Source: the human T2T-CHM13v2.0 reference genome, Homo sapiens
Assembly (NCBI RefSeq): GCF_009914755.1
Contig: NC_060925.1
Direction: 5' to 3' (one strand)
Length of the DNA: 64,000 bases
Shown: piece by piece, positions 33,346-51,245 of the stretch
Layout of the letters: every line of letters begins with the position of its first letter
Position numbering within the stretch: the first letter of the stretch is position 1
The notes under the pieces: model-generated
What the model saw: only the letters and a program-made list of their open reading frames with translations
What the model was told of the DNA's origin: nothing
Databases searched by the model: none
Program-made: the position numbers and the translations under genes

Positions 33346-35144
33346 GCTGAAGGAGGCGCCTGGCTGCCCCAAGAGCCCAGCCCGGCCCGGCCGTGCCCGC
33401 CGGATTGCAGCCGACACCGCCAGCCCGGGGCCGCGGGGCTCGGATCGGGGACCCCCGAGCCGCTGGCCCGCGGCCTTCCCCCGGCTCCCGCGCTCCCGAG
33501 CTTCCACCACATCGGGCCCGCTCGGAGCAGGGAGTGCTCCGAGGCGTCAGGGCCCAGGGCCCACGATCCTGGGACGCCCTCCGGTCCTCCGCCCTGTCGC
33601 GGAGGCAGCGTTTTGGATCCCTCGCCGCACAGGGGCTCCTGCGAGGCCCCCTCTTGCCCCACCCACCCAGAGCCGTCAGGGCTGGCCGAAGGCGAACAGC
33701 CGGCCCAGCCTCGCGGGGCCTTTCTCTCACAACGCCCCCACCACGGTCGCTTGTCCCGACCAAGACCCGGCCGGGGGGGCAAGAGGGCGTGGGGTGTAGC
33801 GGGTCGGGGGGTGGCCCTGTTTTGCCCCGGGCTGGCACTAGAGGCGGCGGCCTGATCTCGGGTGAGAGGGCCTGAGAGAAACCCAGACACACCCCACCGC
33901 CACCAGGAGCAAATCCACTCCCCCACACACAGACACACCCGGGCGCGCTCGCACGCGCGCACGCGGACACACACACACACACCCACACACAGACACACAC
34001 GCACACACGCACGCGCACACGCACGCACACACACACGCGGCTTGAAGGAGAGCAAGGACGAGATGGATCGAGAGATAGAGACCGAGGGAGGGAGAGAGAC
34101 AGCGATCGAGAGAGACAGGGGAGGGCGAGAGGGAAGGAGACAGACAGAGAGGCTGAGAAAGAGAGAGGCACAGAGAAAGAGAGAGAGAGAGACAGAGAGA
34201 CAGAGGGAAAACGACAGAAGTAGCGCGAGGTCCAGGGGGAAACCCAGAAGAGAGAGGCGGAGGGAGCTAGAGAGCGAGAGCGATAGAGCCTTAGAGAGGA
34301 AGCGCCCGGCTCCGTTAGGCAGCGCCCTCTTGAGCAGGCCGGGATAGGGTGGAGGGGGCTTGGGCTGCGCCCAGAACACGGGGGCCAGGCGGTCCGTGCG
34401 AGAGGACCAACGGAGCGCTGAGGCGGGCGTTTTCTTGGATGAATTGCTTGCTTTGGAGGTGGGTTTCGTAGGCTCCTGCCTTTCTTGGCACCTCCCTGTG
34501 CTCTGGGTGCCTTGCGGCGGGCCCCGAGATTTGCAGAGCGCGCCCGCCCGTTTGGCGGGAGCCGTGGCACCGGGCGGGCCCGGAGGCCTGGGTCTCTGGC
34601 GAGTCCTCGGGACTGGAGTCGTCGACACGAAGCGGGGGGCATTGGGAATCCCGGGTGCACAGGGCCTGCTTTCCCGGTGGCTGGCGAAGCAATGTCCTTC
34701 CCCCGGGTAAAGCAGCCCATGCGTTCCGGAGCCGACGTCTTGGCTGGCGTCTGTGGCACCCGCTGCCCCTGCCCGCCCCTTCCCCCGGTTTGGAAGGGTG
34801 CGACGACGGCGCCCGATGGGTGAATTGAATCGCCTGGGCGTTCCGGGAGCGGGAAGGCACCGCGAACGGCAGGGAACCCAGCGGCTGCGCCTTTGGGGCC
34901 CGGGCCCCTGCCCTCCCAGGCTGGAGCCGGGCTCCTGGCGGGGCGGCGGCGAGGCGGAAGCGGTGGGATGCTGCTGCCCGGCCGGCGTGCAGTAGGGGCG
35001 GACCCCCAGCAGGAGGACCCCGGCTGCGGGCTGCGGCGGGGGTGTAGGTGGGCGGTAAAGGGGGAGCAGAGTCAGGGGAGGTTGGGAAGCATGGCGATTG
35101 TGGGGGGAAGGGAGGCAGCGGGGAAGCCACAAAAGCCTACAGCA

Positions 35145-35585
<441 letters not shown>

Positions 35586-37375
35586 GCTGAAGGAGGCGCC
35601 TGGCTGCCCCAAGAGCCCAGCCCGGCCCGGCCGTGCCCGCCGGATTGCAGCCGACACCGCCAGCCCGGGGCCGCGGGGCTCGGATCGGGGACCCCCGAGC
35701 CGCTGGCCCGCGGCCTTCCCCCGGCTCCCGCGCTCCCGAGCTTCCACCACATCGGGCCCGCTCGGAGCAGGGAGTGCTCCGAGGCGTCAGGGCCCAGGGC
35801 CCACGATCCTGGGACGCCCTCCGGTCCTCCGCCCTGTCGCGGAGGCAGCGTTTTGGATCCCTCGCCGCACAGGGGCTCCTGCGAGGCCCCCTCTTGCCCC
35901 ACCCACCCAGAGCCGTCAGGGCTGGCCGAAGGCGAACAGCCGGCCCAGCCTCGCGGGGCCTTTCTCTCACAACGCCCCCACCACGGTCGCTTGTCCCGAC
36001 CAAGACCCGGCCGGGGGGGCAAGAGGGCGTGGGGTGTAGCGGGTCGGGGGGTGGCCCTGTTTTGCCCCGGGCTGGCACTAGAGGCGGCGGCCTGATCTCG
36101 GGTGAGAGGGCCTGAGAGAAACCCAGACACACCCCACCGCCACCAGGAGCAAATCCACTCCCCCACACACAGACACACCCGGGCGCGCTCGCACGCGCGC
36201 GCGCGGACACACACACACACACAGACACACACGCACACACGCACGCGCACACGCACGCACACACACACGCGGCTTGAAGGAGAGCAAGGACGAGATGGAT
36301 CGAGAGATAGAGACCGAGGGAGGGAGAGAGACAGCGATCGAGAGAGACAGGGGAGGGCGAGAGGGAAGGAGACAGACAGAGAGGCTGAGAAAGAGAGAGG
36401 CACAGAGAAAGAGAGAGAGAGAGACAGAGAGACAGAGGGAAAACGACAGAAGTAGCGCGAGGTCCAGGGGGAAACCCAGAAGAGAGCGGCGGAGGGAGCT
36501 AGAGAGCGAGAGCGATAGAGCCTTAGAGAGGAAGCGCCCGGCTCCGTTAGGCAGCGCCCTCTTGAGCAGGCCGGGATAGGGTGGAGGGGGCTTGGGCTGC
36601 GCCCAGAACACGGGGGCCAGGCGGTCCGTGCGAGAGGACCAACGGAGCGCTGAGGCGGGCGTTTTCTTGGATGAATTGCTTGCTTTGGAGGTGGGTTTCG
36701 TAGGCTCCTGCCTTTCTTGGCACCTCCCTGTGCTCTGGGTGCCTTGCGGCAGGCCCCGAGATTTGCAGAGCGCGCCCGCCCGTTTGGCGGGAGCCGTGGC
36801 ACCGGGCGGGCCCGGAGGCCTGGGTCTCTGGCGAGTCCTCGGGACTGGAGTCGTCGACACGAAGCGGGCGGCATTGGGAATCCCGGGTGCACAGGGCCTG
36901 CTTTCCCGGTGGCTGGCGAAGCAATGTCCTTCCCCCGGGTAAAGCAGCCCATGCGTTCCGGAGCCGACGTCTTGGCTGGCGTCTGTGGCACCCGCTGCCC
37001 CTGCCCGCCCCTTCCCCCGGTTTGGAAGGGTGCGACGACGGCGCCCGATGGGTGAATTGAATCTCCTGGGCGTTCCGGGAGCGGGAAGGCACCGCGAACG
37101 GCAGGGAACCCAGCGGCTGCGCCTTTGGGGCCCGGCCCCCTGCCCTCCCAGGCTGGAGCCGGGCTCCTGGCGGGGCGGCGGCGAGGCGGAAGCGGTGGGA
37201 TGCTGCTGCCCGGCCGGCGTGCAGTAGGGGCGGACCCCCAGCAGGAGGACCCCGGCTGCGGCAGCGGCGGGGGTGTAGGTGGGCGGTAAAGGGGGAGCAG
37301 AGTCAGGGGAGGTTGGGAAGCATGGCGATTGTGGGGGGAAGGGAGGCAGCGGGGAAGCCACAAAAGCCTACAGCA

Positions 37376-37816
<441 letters not shown>

Positions 37817-39615
37817 GCTGAAGGAGGCGCCTGGCTGCCCCAAGAGCCCAGCCCGGCCCGGCCGTGCCCGCCGGATTGCAGCCGACACCGCCAGCCCGGG
37901 GCCGCGGGGCTCGGATCGGGGACCCCCGAGCCGCTGGCCCGCGGCCTTCCCCCGGCTCCCGCGCTCCCGAGCTTCCACCACATCGGGCCCGCTCGGAGCA
38001 GGGAGTGCTCCGAGGCGTCAGGGCCCAGGGCCCACGATCCTGGGACGCCCTCCGGTCCTCCGCCCTGTCGCGGAGGCAGCGTTTTGGATCCCTCGCCGCA
38101 CAGGGGCTCCTGCGAGGCCCCCTCTTGCCCCACCCACCCAGAGCCGTCAGGGCTGGCCGAAGGCGAACAGCCGGCCCAGCCTCGCGGGGCCTTTCTCTCA
38201 CAACGCCCCCACCACGGTCGCTTGTCCCGACCAAGACCCGGCCGGGGGGGCAAGCGGGCGTGGGGTGTAGCGGGTCGGGGGGTGGCCCTGTTTTGCCCCG
38301 GGCTGGCACTAGAGGCGGCGGCCTGATCTCGGGTGAGAGGGCCTGAGAGAAACCCAGACACACCCCACCGCCACCAGGAGCAAATCCACTCCCCCACACA
38401 CAGACACACCCGGGCGCGCTCGCACGCGCGCGCGCGGACACACACACACACACACACACACAGACACACACGCACACACGCACGCGCACACGCACGCACA
38501 CACACACGCGGCTTGAAGGAGAGCAAGGACGAGATGGATCGAGAGATAGAGACCGAGGGAGGGAGAGAGACAGCGATCGAGAGAGACAGGGGATGGCGAG
38601 AGGGAAGGAGACAGACAGAGAGGCTGAGAAAGAGAGAGGCACAGAGAAAGAGAGAGAGAGAGACAGAGAGACAGAGGGAAAACGACAGAAGTAGCGCGAG
38701 GTCCAGGGGGAAACCCAGAAGAGAGAGGCGGAGGGAGCTAGAGAGCGAGAGCGATAGAGCCTTAGAGAGGAAGCGCCCGGCTCCGTTAGGCAGCGCCCTC
38801 TTGAGCAGGCCGGGATAGGGTGGAGGGGGCTTGGGCTGCGCACAGAACACGGGGGCCAGGCGGTCCGTGCGAGAGGACCAACGGAGCGCTGAGGCGGGCG
38901 TTTTCTTGGATGAATTGCTTGCTTTGGAGGTGGGTTTCGTAGGCTCCTGCCTTTCTTGGCACCTCCCTGTGCTCTGGGTGCCTTGCGGCGGGCCCCGAGA
39001 TTTGCAGAGCGCGCCCGCCCGTTTGGCGGGAGCCGTGGCACCGGGCGGGCCCGGAGGCCTGGGTCTCTGGCGAGTCCTCGGGACTGGAGTCGTCGACACG
39101 AAGCGGGGGGCATTGGGAATCCCGGGTGCACAGGGCCTGTTTTCCCGGTGGCTGGCGAAGCAATGTCCTTCCCCCGGGTAAAGCAGCCCATGCGTTCCGG
39201 AGCCGACGTCTTGGCTGGCGTCTGTGGCACCCGCTGCCCCTGCCCGCCCCTTCCCCCGGTTTGGAAGGGTGCGACGACGGCGCCCGATGGGTGAATTGAA
39301 TCGCCTGGGCGTTCCGGGAGCGGGAAGGCACCGCGAACGGCAGGGAACCCAGCGGCTGCGCCTTTGGGGCCCGGGCCCCTGCCCTCCCAGGCTGGAGCCG
39401 GGCTCCTGGCGGGGCGGCGGCGAGGCGGAAGCGGTGGGATGCTGCTGCCCGGCCGGCGTGCAGTAGGGGCGGACCCCCAGCAGGAGGACCCCGGCTGCGG
39501 GCTGCGGCGGGGGTGTAGGTGGGCGGTAAAGGGGGAGCAGAGTCAGGGGAGGTTGGGAAGCATGGCGATTGTGGGGGGAAGGGAGGCAGCGGGGAAGCCA
39601 CAAAAGCCTACAGCA

Positions 39616-40056
<441 letters not shown>

Positions 40057-41855
40057 GCTGAAGGAGGCGCCTGGCTGCCCCAAGAGCCCAGCCCGGCCCG
40101 GCCGTGCCCGCCGGATTGCAGCCGACACCGCCAGCCCGGGGCCGCGGGGCTCGGATCGGGGACCCCCGAGCCGCTGGCCCGCGGCCTTCCCCCGGCTCCC
40201 GCGCTCCCGAGCTTCCACCACATCGGGCCCGCTCGGAGCAGGGAGTGCTCCGAGGCGTCAGGGCCCAGGGCCCACGATCCTGGGACGCCCTCCGGTCCTC
40301 CGCCCTGTCGCGGAGGCAGCGTTTTGGATCCCTCGCCGCACAGGGGCTCCTGCGAGGCCCCCTCTTGCCCCACCCACCCAGAGCCGTCAGGGCTGGCCGA
40401 AGGCGAACAGCCGGCCCAGCCTCGCGGGGCCTTTCTCTCACAACGCCCCCACCACGGTCGCTTGTCCCGACCAAGACCCGGCCGGGGGGGCAAGAGGGCG
40501 TGGGGTGTAGCGGGTCGGGGGGTGGCCCTGTTTTGCCCCGGGCTGGCACTAGAGGCGGCGGCCTGATCTCGGGTGAGAGGGCCTGAGAGAAACCCAGACA
40601 CACCCCACCGCCACCAGGAGCAAATCCACTCCCCCACACACAGACACACCCGGGCGCGCTCGCACGCGCGCGCGCGGACACACACACACACACCCACACA
40701 CAGACACACACGCACACACGCACGCGCACACGCACGCACACACACACGCGGCTTGAAGGAGAGCAAGGACGAGATGGATCGAGAGATAGAGACCGAGGGA
40801 GGGAGAGAGACAGCGATCGAGAGAGACAGGGGAGGGCGAGAGGGAAGGAGACAGACAGAGAGGCTGAGAAAGAGAGAGGCACAGAGAAAGAGAGAGAGAG
40901 AGACAGAGAGACAGAGGGAAAACGACAGAAGTAGCGCGAGGTCCAGGGGGAAACCCAGAAGAGAGAGGCGGAGGGAGCTAGAGAGCGAGAGCGATAGAGC
41001 CTTAGAGAGGAAGCGCCCGGCTCCGTTAGGCAGCGCCCTCTTGAGCAGGCCGGGATAGGGTGGAGGGGGCTTGGGCTGCGCCCAGAACACGGGGGCCAGG
41101 CGGTCCGTGCGAGAGGACCAACGGAGCGCTGAGGCGGGCGTTTTCTTGGATGAATTGCTTGCTTTGGAGGTGGGTTTCGTAGGCTCCTGCCTTTCTTGGC
41201 ACCTCCCTGTGCTCTGGGTGCCTTGCGGCGGGCCCCGAGATTTGCAGAGCGCGCCCGCCCGTTTGGCGGGAGCCGTGGCACCGGGCGGGCCCGGAGGCCT
41301 GGGTCTCTGGCGAGTCCTCGGGACTGGAGTCGTCGACACGAAGCGGGGGGCATTGGGAATCCCGGGTGCACAGGGCCTGCTTTCCCGGTGGCTGGCGAAG
41401 CAATGTCCTTCCCCCGGGTAAAGCAGCCCATGCGTTCCGGAGCCGACGTCTTGGCTGGCGTCTGTGGCACCCGCTGCCCCTGCCCGCCCCTTCCCCCGGT
41501 TTGGAAGGGTGCGACGACGGCGCCCGATGGGTGAATTGAATCGCCTGGGCGTTCCGGGAGCGGGAAGGCACCGCGAACGGCAGGGAACCCAGCGGCTGCG
41601 CCTTTGGGGCCCGGGCCCCTGCCCTCCCAGGCTGGAGCCGGGCTCCTGGCGGGGCGGCGGCGAGGCGGAAGCGGTGGGATGCTGCTGCCCAGCCGGCGTG
41701 CAGTAGGGGCGGACCCCCAGCAGGAGGACCCCGGCTGCGGGCTGCGGCGGGGGTGTAGGTGGGCGGTAAAGGGGGAGCAGAGTCAGGGGAGGTTGGGAAG
41801 CATGGCGACTGTGGGGGGAAGGGAGGCAGCGGGGAAGCCACAAAAGCCTACAGCA

Positions 41856-42296
<441 letters not shown>

Positions 42297-44085
42297 GCTG
42301 AAGGAGGCGCCTGGCTGCCCCAAGAGCCCAGCCCGGCCCGGCCGTGCCCGCCGGATTGCAGCCGACACCGCCAGCCCGGGGCCGCGGGGCTCGGATCGGG
42401 GCCCCCCGAGCCGCTGGCCCGCGGCCTTCCCCCGGCTCCCGCGCTCCCGAGCTTCCACCACATCGGGCCCGCTCGGAGCAGGGAGTGCTCCGAGGCGTCA
42501 GGGCCCAGGGCCCACGATCCTGGGACGCCCTCCGGTCCTCCGCCCTGTCGCGGAGGCAGCGTTTTGGATCCCTCGCCGCACAGGGGCTCCTGCGAGGCCC
42601 CCTCTTGCCCCACCCACCCAGAGCCGTCAGGGCTGGCCGAAGGCGAACAGCCGGCCCAGCCTCGCGGGGCCTTTCTCTCACAACGCCCCCACCACGGTCG
42701 CTTGTCCCGACCAAGACCCGGCCGGGGGGGCAAGAGGGCGTGGGGTGTAGCGGGTCGGGGGGTGGCCCTGTTTTGCCCCGGGCTGGCACTAGAGGCGGCG
42801 GCCTGATCTCGGGTGAGAGGGCCTGAGAGAAACCCAGACACACCCCACCGCCACCAGGAGCAAATCCACTCCCCCACACACAGACACACCCGGGCGCGCT
42901 CGCACGCGCCCGCGCGGACACACCCACACACAGACACACACGCACACACGCACGCGCACACGCACGCACACACACACGCGGCTTGAAGGAGAGCAAGGAC
43001 GAGATGGATCGAGAGATAGAGACCGAGGGAGGGAGAGAGACAGCGATCGAGAGAGACAGGGGAGGGCGAGAGGGAAGGAGACAGACAGAGAGGCTGAGAA
43101 AGAGAGAGGCACAGAGAAAGAGAGAGAGAGAGACAGAGAGACAGAGGGAAAACGACAGAAGTAGCGCGAGGTCCAGGGGGAAACCCAGAAGAGAGAGGCG
43201 GAGGGAGCTAGAGAGCGAGAGCGATAGAGCCTTAGAGAGGAAGCGCCCGGCTCCGTTAGGCAGCGCCCTCTTGAGCAGGCCGGGATAGGGTGGAGGGGGC
43301 TTGGGCTGCGCCCAGAACACGGGGGCCAGGCGGTCCGTGCGAGAGGACCAACGGAGCGCTGAGGCGGGCGTTTTCTTGGATGAATTGCTTGCTTTGGAGG
43401 TGGGTTTCGTAGGCTCCTGCCTTTCTTGGCACCTCCCTGTGCTCTGGGTGCCTTGCGGCGGGCCCCGAGATTTGCAGAGCGCGCCCGCCCGTTTGGCGGG
43501 AGCCGTGGCACCGGGCGGGCCCGGAGGCCTGGGTCTCTGGCGAGTCCTCGGGACTGGAGTCGTCGACACGAAGCGGGGGGCATTGGGAATCCCGGGTGCA
43601 CAGGGCCTGCTTTCCCGGTGGCTGGCGAAGCAATGTCCTTCCCCCGGGTAAAGCAGCCCATGCGTTCCGGAGCCGACGTCTTGGCTGGCGTCTGTGGCAC
43701 CCGCTGCCCCTGCCCGCCCCTTCCCCCGGTTTGGAAGGGTGCGACGACGGCGCCCGATGGGTGAATTGAATCGCCTGGGCGTTCCGGGAGCGGGAAGGCA
43801 CCGCGAACGGCAGGGAACCCAGCGGCTGCGCCTTTGGGGCCCGGGCCCCTGCCCTCCCAGGCTGGAGCCGGGCTCCTGGCGGGGCGGCGGCGAGGCGGAA
43901 GCGGTGGGATGCTGCTGCCCGGCCGGCGTGCAGTAGGGGCGGACCCCCAGCAGGAGGACCCCGGCTGCGGGCTGCGGCGGGGGTGTAGGTGGGCGGTAAA
44001 GGGGGAGCAGAGTCAGGGGAGGTTGGGAAGCATGGCGATTGTGGGGGGAAGGGAGGCAGCGGGGAAGCCACAAAAGCCTACAGCA

Positions 44086-44526
<441 letters not shown>

Positions 44527-46324
44527 GCTGAAGGAGGCGCCTGGCTGCCCCAAGAGCCCAGCCCGGCCCGGCCGTGCCCGCCGGATTGCAGCCGACACCG
44601 CCAGCCCGGGGCCGCGGGGCTCGGATCGGGGACCCCCGAGCCGCTGGCCCGCGGCCTTCCCCCGGCTCCCGCGCTCCCGAGCTTCCACCACATCGGGCCC
44701 GCTCGGAGCAGGGAGTGCTCCGAGGCGTCAGGGCCCAGGGCCCACGATCCTGGGACGCCCTCCGGTCCTCCGCCCTGTCGCGGAGGCAGCGTTTTGGATC
44801 CCTCGCCGCACAGGGGCTCCTGCGAGGCCCCCTCTTGCCCCACCCACCCAGAGCCGTCAGGGCTGGCCGAAGGCGAACAGCCGGCCCAGCCGCGCGGGGC
44901 CTTTCTCTCACAACGCCCCCACCACGGTCGCTTGTCCCGACCAAGACCCGGCCGGGGGGGCAAGAGGGCGTGGGGTGTAGCGGGTCGGGGGGTGGCCCTG
45001 TTTTGCCCCGGGCTGGCACTAGAGGCGGCGGCCTGATCTCGGGTGAGAGGGCCTGAGAGAAACCCAGACACACCCCACCGCCACCAGGAGCAAATCCACT
45101 CCCCCACACACAGACACACCCGGGCGCGCTCGCACGCGCGCGCGCGGACACACACACACACACACACACACAGACACACACGCACACACGCACGCGCACA
45201 CGCACGCACACACACACGCGGCTTGAAGGAGAGCAAGGACGAGATGGATCGAGAGATAGAGACCGAGGGAGGGAGAGAGACAGCGATCGAGAGAGACAGG
45301 GGAGGGCGAGAGGGAAGGAGACAGACAGAGAGGCTGAGAAAGAGAGAGGCACAGAGAAAGAGAGAGAGAGAGACAGAGAGACAGAGGGAAAACGACAGAA
45401 GTAGCGCGAGGTCCAGGGGGAAACCCAGAAGAGAGCGGCGGAGGGAGCTAGAGAGCGAGAGCGATAGAGCCTTAGAGAGGAAGCGCCCGGCTCCGTTAGG
45501 CAGCGCCCTCTTGAGCAGGCCGGGATAGGGTGGAGGGGGCTTGGGCTGCGCCCAGAACACGGGGGCCAGGCGGTCCGTGCGAGAGGACCAACGGAGCGCT
45601 GAGGCGGGCGTTTTCTTGGATGAATTGCTTGCTTTGGAGGTGGGTTTCGTAGGCTCCTGCCTTTCTTGGCACCTCCCTGTGCTCTGGGTGCCTTGCGGCA
45701 GGCCCCGAGATTTGCAGAGCGCGCCCGCCCGTTTGGCGGGAGCCGTGGCACCGGGCGGGCCCGGAGGCCTGGGTCTCTGGCGAGTCCTCGGGACTGGAGT
45801 CGTCGACACGAAGCGGGCGGCATTGGGAATCCCGGGTGCACAGGGCCTGCTTTCCCGGTGGCTGGCGAAGCAATGTCCTTCCCCCGGGTAAAGCAGCCCA
45901 TGCGTTCCGGAGCCGACGTCTTGGCTGGCGTCTGTGGCACCCGCTGCCCCTGCCCGCCCCTTCCCCCGGTTTGGAAGGGTGCGACGACGGCGCCCGATGG
46001 GTGAATTGAATCTCCTGGGCGTTCCGGGAGCGGGAAGGCACCGCGAACGGCAGGGAACCCAGCGGCTGCGCCTTTGGGGCCCGGCCCCCTGCCCTCCCAG
46101 GCTGGAGCCGGGCTCCTGGCGGGGCGGCGGCGAGGCGGAAGCGGTGGGATGCTGCTGCCCGGCCGGCGTGCAGTAGGGGCGGACCCCCAGCAGGAGGACC
46201 CCGGCTGCGGCAGCGGCGGGGGTGTAGGTGGGCGGTAAAGGGGGAGCAGAGTCAGGGGAGGTTGGGAAGCATGGCGATTGTGGGGGGAAGGGAGGCAGCG
46301 GGGAAGCCACAAAAGCCTACAGCA

Positions 46325-46765
<441 letters not shown>

Positions 46766-48564
46766 GCTGAAGGAGGCGCCTGGCTGCCCCAAGAGCCCAG
46801 CCCGGCCCGGCCGTGCCCGCCGGATTGCAGCCGACACCGCCAGCCCGGGGCCGCGGGGCTCGGATCGGGGACCCCCGAGCCGCTGGCCCGCGGCCTTCCC
46901 CCGGCTCCCGCGCTCCCGAGCTTCCACCACATCGGGCCCGCTCGGAGCAGGGAGTGCTCCGAGGCGTCAGGGCCCAGGGCCCACGATCCTGGGACGCCCT
47001 CCGGTCCTCCGCCCTGTCGCGGAGGCAGCGTTTTGGATCCCTCGCCGCACAGGGGCTCCTGCGAGGCCCCCTCTTGCCCCACCCACCCAGAGCCGTCAGG
47101 GCTGGCCGAAGGCGAACAGCCGGCCCAGCCTCGCGGGGCCTTTCTCTCACAACGCCCCCACCACGGTCGCTTGTCCCGACCAAGACCCGGCCGGGGGGGC
47201 AAGCGGGCGTGGGGTGTAGCGGGTCGGGGGGTGGCCCTGTTTTGCCCCGGGCTGGCACTAGAGGCGGCGGCCTGATCTCGGGTGAGAGGGCCTGAGAGAA
47301 ACCCAGACACACCCCACCGCCACCAGGAGCAAATCCACTCCCCCACACACAGACACACCCGGGCGCGCTCGCACGCGCGCGCGCGGACACACACACACAC
47401 ACACACACACAGACACACACGCACACACGCACGCGCACACGCACGCACACACACACGCGGCTTGAAGGAGAGCAAGGACGAGATGGATCGAGAGATAGAG
47501 ACCGAGGGAGGGAGAGAGACAGCGATCGAGAGAGACAGGGGATGGCGAGAGGGAAGGAGACAGACAGAGAGGCTGAGAAAGAGAGAGGCACAGAGAAAGA
47601 GAGAGAGAGAGACAGAGAGACAGAGGGAAAACGACAGAAGTAGCGCGAGGTCCAGGGGGAAACCCAGAAGAGAGAGGCGGAGGGAGCTAGAGAGCGAGAG
47701 CGATAGAGCCTTAGAGAGGAAGCGCCCGGCTCCGTTAGGCAGCGCCCTCTTGAGCAGGCCGGGATAGGGTGGAGGGGGCTTGGGCTGCGCACAGAACACG
47801 GGGGCCAGGCGGTCCGTGCGAGAGGACCAACGGAGCGCTGAGGCGGGCGTTTTCTTGGATGAATTGCTTGCTTTGGAGGTGGGTTTCGTAGGCTCCTGCC
47901 TTTCTTGGCACCTCCCTGTGCTCTGGGTGCCTTGCGGCGGGCCCCGAGATTTGCAGAGCGCGCCCGCCCGTTTGGCGGGAGCCGTGGCACCGGGCGGGCC
48001 CGGAGGCCTGGGTCTCTGGCGAGTCCTCGGGACTGGAGTCGTCGACACGAAGCGGGGGGCATTGGGAATCCCGGGTGCACAGGGCCTGTTTTCCCGGTGG
48101 CTGGCGAAGCAATGTCCTTCCCCCGGGTAAAGCAGCCCATGCGTTCCGGAGCCGACGTCTTGGCTGGCGTCTGTGGCACCCGCTGCCCCTGCCCGCCCCT
48201 TCCCCCGGTTTGGAAGGGTGCGACGACGGCGCCCGATGGGTGAATTGAATCGCCTGGGCGTTCCGGGAGCGGGAAGGCACCGCGAACGGCAGGGAACCCA
48301 GCGGCTGCGCCTTTGGGGCCCGGGCCCCTGCCCTCCCAGGCTGGAGCCGGGCTCCTGGCGGGGCGGCGGCGAGGCGGAAGCGGTGGGATGCTGCTGCCCG
48401 GCCGGCGTGCAGTAGGGGCGGACCCCCAGCAGGAGGACCCCGGCTGCGGGCTGCGGCGGGGGTGTAGGTGGGCGGTAAAGGGGGAGCAGAGTCAGGGGAG
48501 GTTGGGAAGCATGGCGATTGTGGGGGGAAGGGAGGCAGCGGGGAAGCCACAAAAGCCTACAGCA

Positions 48565-49005
<441 letters not shown>

Positions 49006-50804
49006 GCTGAAGGAGGCGCCTGGCTGCCCCAAGAGCCCAGCCCGGCCCGGCCGTGCCCGCCGGATTGCAGCCGACACCGCCAGCCCGGGGCCGCGGGGCT
49101 CGGATCGGGGACCCCCGAGCCGCTGGCCCGCGGCCTTCCCCCGGCTCCCGCGCTCCCGAGCTTCCACCACATCGGGCCCGCTCGGAGCAGGGAGTGCTCC
49201 GAGGCGTCAGGGCCCAGGGCCCACGATCCTGGGACGCCCTCCGGTCCTCCGCCCTGTCGCGGAGGCAGCGTTTTGGATCCCTCGCCGCACAGGGGCTCCT
49301 GCGAGGCCCCCTCTTGCCCCACCCACCCAGAGCCGTCAGGGCTGGCCGAAGGCGAACAGCCGGCCCAGCCTCGCGGGGCCTTTCTCTCACAACGCCCCCA
49401 CCACGGTCGCTTGTCCCGACCAAGACCCGGCCGGGGGGGCAAGAGGGCGTGGGGTGTAGCGGGTCGGGGGGTGGCCCTGTTTTGCCCCGGGCTGGCACTA
49501 GAGGCGGCGGCCTGATCTCGGGTGAGAGGGCCTGAGAGAAACCCAGACACACCCCACCGCCACCAGGAGCAAATCCACTCCCCCACACACAGACACACCC
49601 GGGCGCGCTCGCACGCGCGCGCGCGGACACACACACACACACCCACACACAGACACACACGCACACACGCACGCGCACACGCACGCACACACACACGCGG
49701 CTTGAAGGAGAGCAAGGACGAGATGGATCGAGAGATAGAGACCGAGGGAGGGAGAGAGACAGCGATCGAGAGAGACAGGGGAGGGCGAGAGGGAAGGAGA
49801 CAGACAGAGAGGCTGAGAAAGAGAGAGGCACAGAGAAAGAGAGAGAGAGAGACAGAGAGACAGAGGGAAAACGACAGAAGTAGCGCGAGGTCCAGGGGGA
49901 AACCCAGAAGAGAGAGGCGGAGGGAGCTAGAGAGCGAGAGCGATAGAGCCTTAGAGAGGAAGCGCCCGGCTCCGTTAGGCAGCGCCCTCTTGAGCAGGCC
50001 GGGATAGGGTGGAGGGGGCTTGGGCTGCGCCCAGAACACGGGGGCCAGGCGGTCCGTGCGAGAGGACCAACGGAGCGCTGAGGCGGGCGTTTTCTTGGAT
50101 GAATTGCTTGCTTTGGAGGTGGGTTTCGTAGGCTCCTGCCTTTCTTGGCACCTCCCTGTGCTCTGGGTGCCTTGCGGCGGGCCCCGAGATTTGCAGAGCG
50201 CGCCCGCCCGTTTGGCGGGAGCCGTGGCACCGGGCGGGCCCGGAGGCCTGGGTCTCTGGCGAGTCCTCGGGACTGGAGTCGTCGACACGAAGCGGGGGGC
50301 ATTGGGAATCCCGGGTGCACAGGGCCTGCTTTCCCGGTGGCTGGCGAAGCAATGTCCTTCCCCCGGGTAAAGCAGCCCATGCGTTCCGGAGCCGACGTCT
50401 TGGCTGGCGTCTGTGGCACCCGCTGCCCCTGCCCGCCCCTTCCCCCGGTTTGGAAGGGTGCGACGACGGCGCCCGATGGGTGAATTGAATCGCCTGGGCG
50501 TTCCGGGAGCGGGAAGGCACCGCGAACGGCAGGGAACCCAGCGGCTGCGCCTTTGGGGCCCGGGCCCCTGCCCTCCCAGGCTGGAGCCGGGCTCCTGGCG
50601 GGGCGGCGGCGAGGCGGAAGCGGTGGGATGCTGCTGCCCAGCCGGCGTGCAGTAGGGGCGGACCCCCAGCAGGAGGACCCCGGCTGCGGGCTGCGGCGGG
50701 GGTGTAGGTGGGCGGTAAAGGGGGAGCAGAGTCAGGGGAGGTTGGGAAGCATGGCGACTGTGGGGGGAAGGGAGGCAGCGGGGAAGCCACAAAAGCCTAC
50801 AGCA

Positions 50805-51245
<441 letters not shown>
